This document shows, piece by piece, positions 60,090 through 64,000 of a stretch of DNA of 64,000 nt. The position numbers were made by a program, and so were the translations under genes. Numbering within the stretch: position 1 is the first letter of the stretch; the number at the start of each line of letters is the position of its first letter. Source of the DNA: Octopus bimaculoides (taxonomy: Eukaryota); the NCBI RefSeq assembly GCF_001194135.2, contig NC_068983.1, positions 103,004,451-103,068,450 on the forward strand, written 5' to 3'. The notes under the pieces are model-generated. The model was not told the origin of the DNA. It ran no database searches and worked only from the letters and a program-made list of their open reading frames with translations.

Positions 60090-63000
60090 GGAACTGATAA
60101 CCGAACATTCGTTTACTGGTGGTTTGTTTTCAGTTTCAATTTGAAAGTAGAGTGAACAGAAAATCAACTGTTGGTTTTCAATAATCGGTATGTATGTGTG
60201 TGTATATATATATATATNNNNNNNNNNNNNNNNNNNNNNNNNNNNNNNATATATTCCGAATTCATGAATAAAATAGTAAACTACTTTCAAAAGACATTAA
60301 CTTTGGTGGGACCAGATATTTAAATTACAACAAATCATTGACTCATGTACCTGATTATATTTGAAAAGTTTAGTCTGAACTCAAATCCATATATAAAATA
60401 TACACAAACATGCTTACTAACTTAAAATATGAAACGACTTTAAAAAGAAAATGACAGAATTCATCATCAGTAAATAAGGGAGAACATACTTTTAAATTTG
60501 ACAAATAACTTTCTACTTTGAGTTCATTTTTTTTCTATTTTCTTTTCTTTTATTTATTTATTTTTTTTTTGGTGCTTCAGAGATATTATTCAATTGATTT
60601 GTCCCTTGTGTAAAATCCCTATTCCATCATTATCCATGTATGGTTATAGACATTTTTCAAAGTGCAAATATTTCCTCCAAATACAAATTCTTGATTAGTT
60701 TATCAGTAAGTTCTCAACAAAGCAACTTTACAGATTGAATATACTGGTTTTTGAAAGTAAAAGCGAAGTTTTTATTTTGAATTTACAAGAAAACAAAAGA
60801 GAAAAGCCTTACATTTCTTAGTATTTTAAATACAAGTGTTTTTTCTCACTCATTTCTCTTTTTGTTGTTGTTTATATGTAGGGAATCCTCACAGAGTTGG
60901 TGCAAACATCTGTCATACAGATGTAATTTAATGTTTTATTATTATTTAAATTTGATTGTTTTTTATAACAAATAATTAGATGCAATAAAAGGTTTCCAAT
61001 AGAGCCATACCATTTTTAGAATAGCCTTAGCATTTTCAGAAAGACATCAACAACATACCATTTTATTCATTAGAAAGGACTGCATTATATGATGATTAAA
61101 TTTTGAAAAGGGAGTCTGGTCTAATTTCAGTTACAAGCTAGAGTATCTTTATTATGAATCCAATGCCAAAAAGAAAATGCTACAGTTCATAAAATGACCA
61201 CCTGTCTCTTTATTATTGTTGTTGTTGTTAGAGTTGCAGAAACAAGTGTACCTGACTAAATTCCTTGCAATATTTAGTTTGATATATATGAGCAAAAATT
61301 TGTCAGGGTTAACTTAGTTTTGCATTCCTTTATAGTTGATAAAACAAGCACCAGGTATGTACTGGTATTGATTCAGTACAAATTTGTAGGTTTGTGCTAA
61401 TGTTTTTTTTTTGGGGGGGGGGGGGTAGCAACAGAAACAGTAGAGTGCCAAGCTAAAATACATAATGACATTTCATTTCATACCTCTACATTCAAAGTTC
61501 AAATTTCCCTGGGATTGTCTTTGTCTTTCATTGCACTGGAGTTTTCGAAATAAGCACCAGTCATTTACTGAGTGATTTCATTGACTTGCTCCCTCCTTGA
61601 AAAGTATGTGGTCTAGTGCTGCTAATATGAAATATTACTATTATTGTAGGTGTGTGTGTGGTGGGTAGGAATAAGATTTTGGAAAGCCTATTCCTAAATG
61701 TTGTTTTTGTTGTCAATTAGAAACATTTTATTGATAAGCCATGAATGCCACATTTCCATATTCCTGTATGTCTTTAAATCAGAAACTTTCTACCTATAGG
61801 TACAATATTACTGATTTAAGGTACTGTATTCTTGGACTTTGTCCTTTAAGTCAATATCTATAGCAGATATTGAGTTTTACCTTTGAGAACAGTATCTATG
61901 CTTGCCAAAGGTTCCATGCTTAGCAAATATGCAAGATGGCTGTGTGGATTAAGCATTGAAGAACCTGCTTCAAGGTTGTGAGTTCCAATTCAGTGATAAT
62001 GTTACCTTCTATAGCTTGGCGTGCTATCCAGAGGAAAGATTTTATACACCACTTGCTAAAAGATATAAAACAAGAGCTAAGTATGAACAGTCATATTTTT
62101 CTCATGCATTTACCTAAAATACGTTTAGCAAATAAATAGATTAGACTTCTATTGCATGTTAGATGTTTGTGTTCAGTTGCAAACATTGTTGGGTGTTTCT
62201 TGACAAGACACTTAAGTAGTTTCATGCCTTATATATAATATTATTATTATTGAAGGTAGTGGATGGCAGAATTGGTAAAACACTGAACAGATGGCTTGTG
62301 ACATTTTCTTTGTATTCTGATGTAAAATCTTACACCAGTATTAACCTTAGCTTTCAACTTTTGGGGATCTATGAAATAACTACCAGTGAAGTACTGGATC
62401 AAGTTGACAGAACCTCTTTTGAAACATGTGGCCTTAAGTCAATGTTAGAAATTATTATTGCATTTGTGAATGAACAAATTGAGAGAAAATTGGATAAAAA
62501 GAACACTTTAGTCTTGTTGGTAGTAAGACAAACTTTCTGGTGTTGGTGTTTGTTATGATATGGGTATACATGTCTGGTGTAGAATGGTATTACACGAATA
62601 AATGGTTATTGTTATCTAAAAATAACCTAACACAGAATGCAGTCTGTACTACTTGAACATAGTTTCAATACTCAGTATTCACTGTTCAACTACCAATTGT
62701 TAAGCCAACATGGTCGAACTAACACCATCAGCTACCCACACTGACAGTCCACTCAGTTCTTATTTATTGTAATCAGTTAGTCTACCTTCAGTCACGTGGA
62801 GGTGTTCAGAATTCTCCCATAACAGTGTTACAATAAAACACACACCCAGTACACTCTGTAAAATGATTCAAAAAGGAACAGTGGCAATGTAGGGAGGACT
62901 TTGTCACCTTGATGGAGACAAAGCAACCTTAGTACTGAATGCATCCTGTCCACTCTGTAAAGTTGTTGGCATTGTGACTGTGTAAGCTAGAGCAAACTCT

Positions 63001-63166
63001 TTAATCTGGCTAGAGACAAAGTAACCTCATTGTAATGATACCACAATAAAATGTATCCTGTATACTCTGTCAAGTGATTGGTAAACAAATGGAGACAGCA
63101 CTGGACAACAAAAAATCTTTAATTTTATTGTGGTCAATACTTATGTCACAATAAATATTATTATTA

Positions 63167-63198
<32 letters not shown>

Positions 63199-64000
63199 GT
63201 TAAATTCTGTTGAGATTGACTTTACCTTTCAGGGTTGATAAATTAAGTACTGTTGAGTACTGGGATTGGTGTAATCAACTTAACCCTCCTCTAAAATTTC
63301 AGGCCTTGTTCCTTTAGTAGAAAGGATTATTATTATTGTTATCATTATTATGATTACTATTATTACGATAGTGAAGACATTGGATAATTAGTCATAAAGA
63401 CAATGTGTATGAAAATAAAATAAGGTGAGATGATCACAACTGGATTACCTTTCATCATTGGTCTGCTTGATGAGAGTTCATCTAGGGCATAAAAAGGGAA
63501 CACATTGGGTAATATAGTCCCAGATACTGTATACAATCCTTCATTATAGTCATATGAATTCGAGTACTTTAAAGTGTTTGACGTCCTGCTATTCTGAGTT
63601 TAAATTACTGTAGGATAAATTTTGCATCTTCATCCATTGGGAATCAACAAAATTAGAACCAATAAGGTTGCAGAATCAATTTAATCATTTATAATTCCTC
63701 ACCAAGATAAAAGTCATTATTGGAAGAATTGGAGATGGCGAACTGACAAAGTCATTAGCATGCTAGACAAAATGCTTAGTGGCATTTTTCCATCTATACA
63801 TTCTGAGTTCTAATGCTGCTGGGGTTAGCTTTGCCTTTCATCCTTTTGAGGTTGATAAAATAAGTAGCAGTTGAATATTAAAGTAATCGACTTCGCCTCT
63901 TCCCATGAAACTGCTAGCCATGTGCCAAAATTTGAAATTATTATTAGAAGAATTTAAGGTGTTGAGCTGGCAGAACTGTTAGTGCAAACAAAGTGCTTTG

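Noticed and set aside
520-62558. Many short ORFs rich in IYIY, HTHT, CVCV, SLSL or recurring LLSVSVYQIH/PRCHAVGLN peptides
   Set aside because: Translations of microsatellites and SINE bodies with no protein homology.

Overview
Eukaryotic, AT-rich, gap-riddled genomic DNA. The repeat landscape resembles a coleoid cephalopod such as Octopus (inference from recalled repeat families, not verified). There are two protein genes. (1) The 5' part of a Ral GTPase-activating protein beta subunit gene (RALGAPB) on the minus strand: four coding exons (42739-42933, 41684-41882, 39476-39640, 4857-5090) with GT-AG junctions that keep the reading frame, a 34.4-kb third intron, and a probable non-coding first exon ending at 57920. 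(2) A complete syntaxin-5 (STX5) with an intronless CDS on the plus strand (59172-60089), head-to-head with RALGAPB. The introns hold a full-length mariner, a full-length IR/DR Tc1 element, a Penelope element with a fold-back 5' end, R4/Dong-like and RTE LINE relics, several tRNA-derived SINE families, MITEs, long palindromes and microsatellites. Best leads: an in-frame 21-nt candidate microexon in the RALGAPB giant intron (28360-28380), the intronless STX5 on a divergent promoter, decayed minimal hammerhead-ribozyme motifs (16034-16069, 2913-2956), and a uORF-packed RALGAPB leader. I found no prokaryotic-type system (no CRISPR or operon) and nothing I can establish as a wholly new biological system. 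All repeat coordinates are by eye and approximate.
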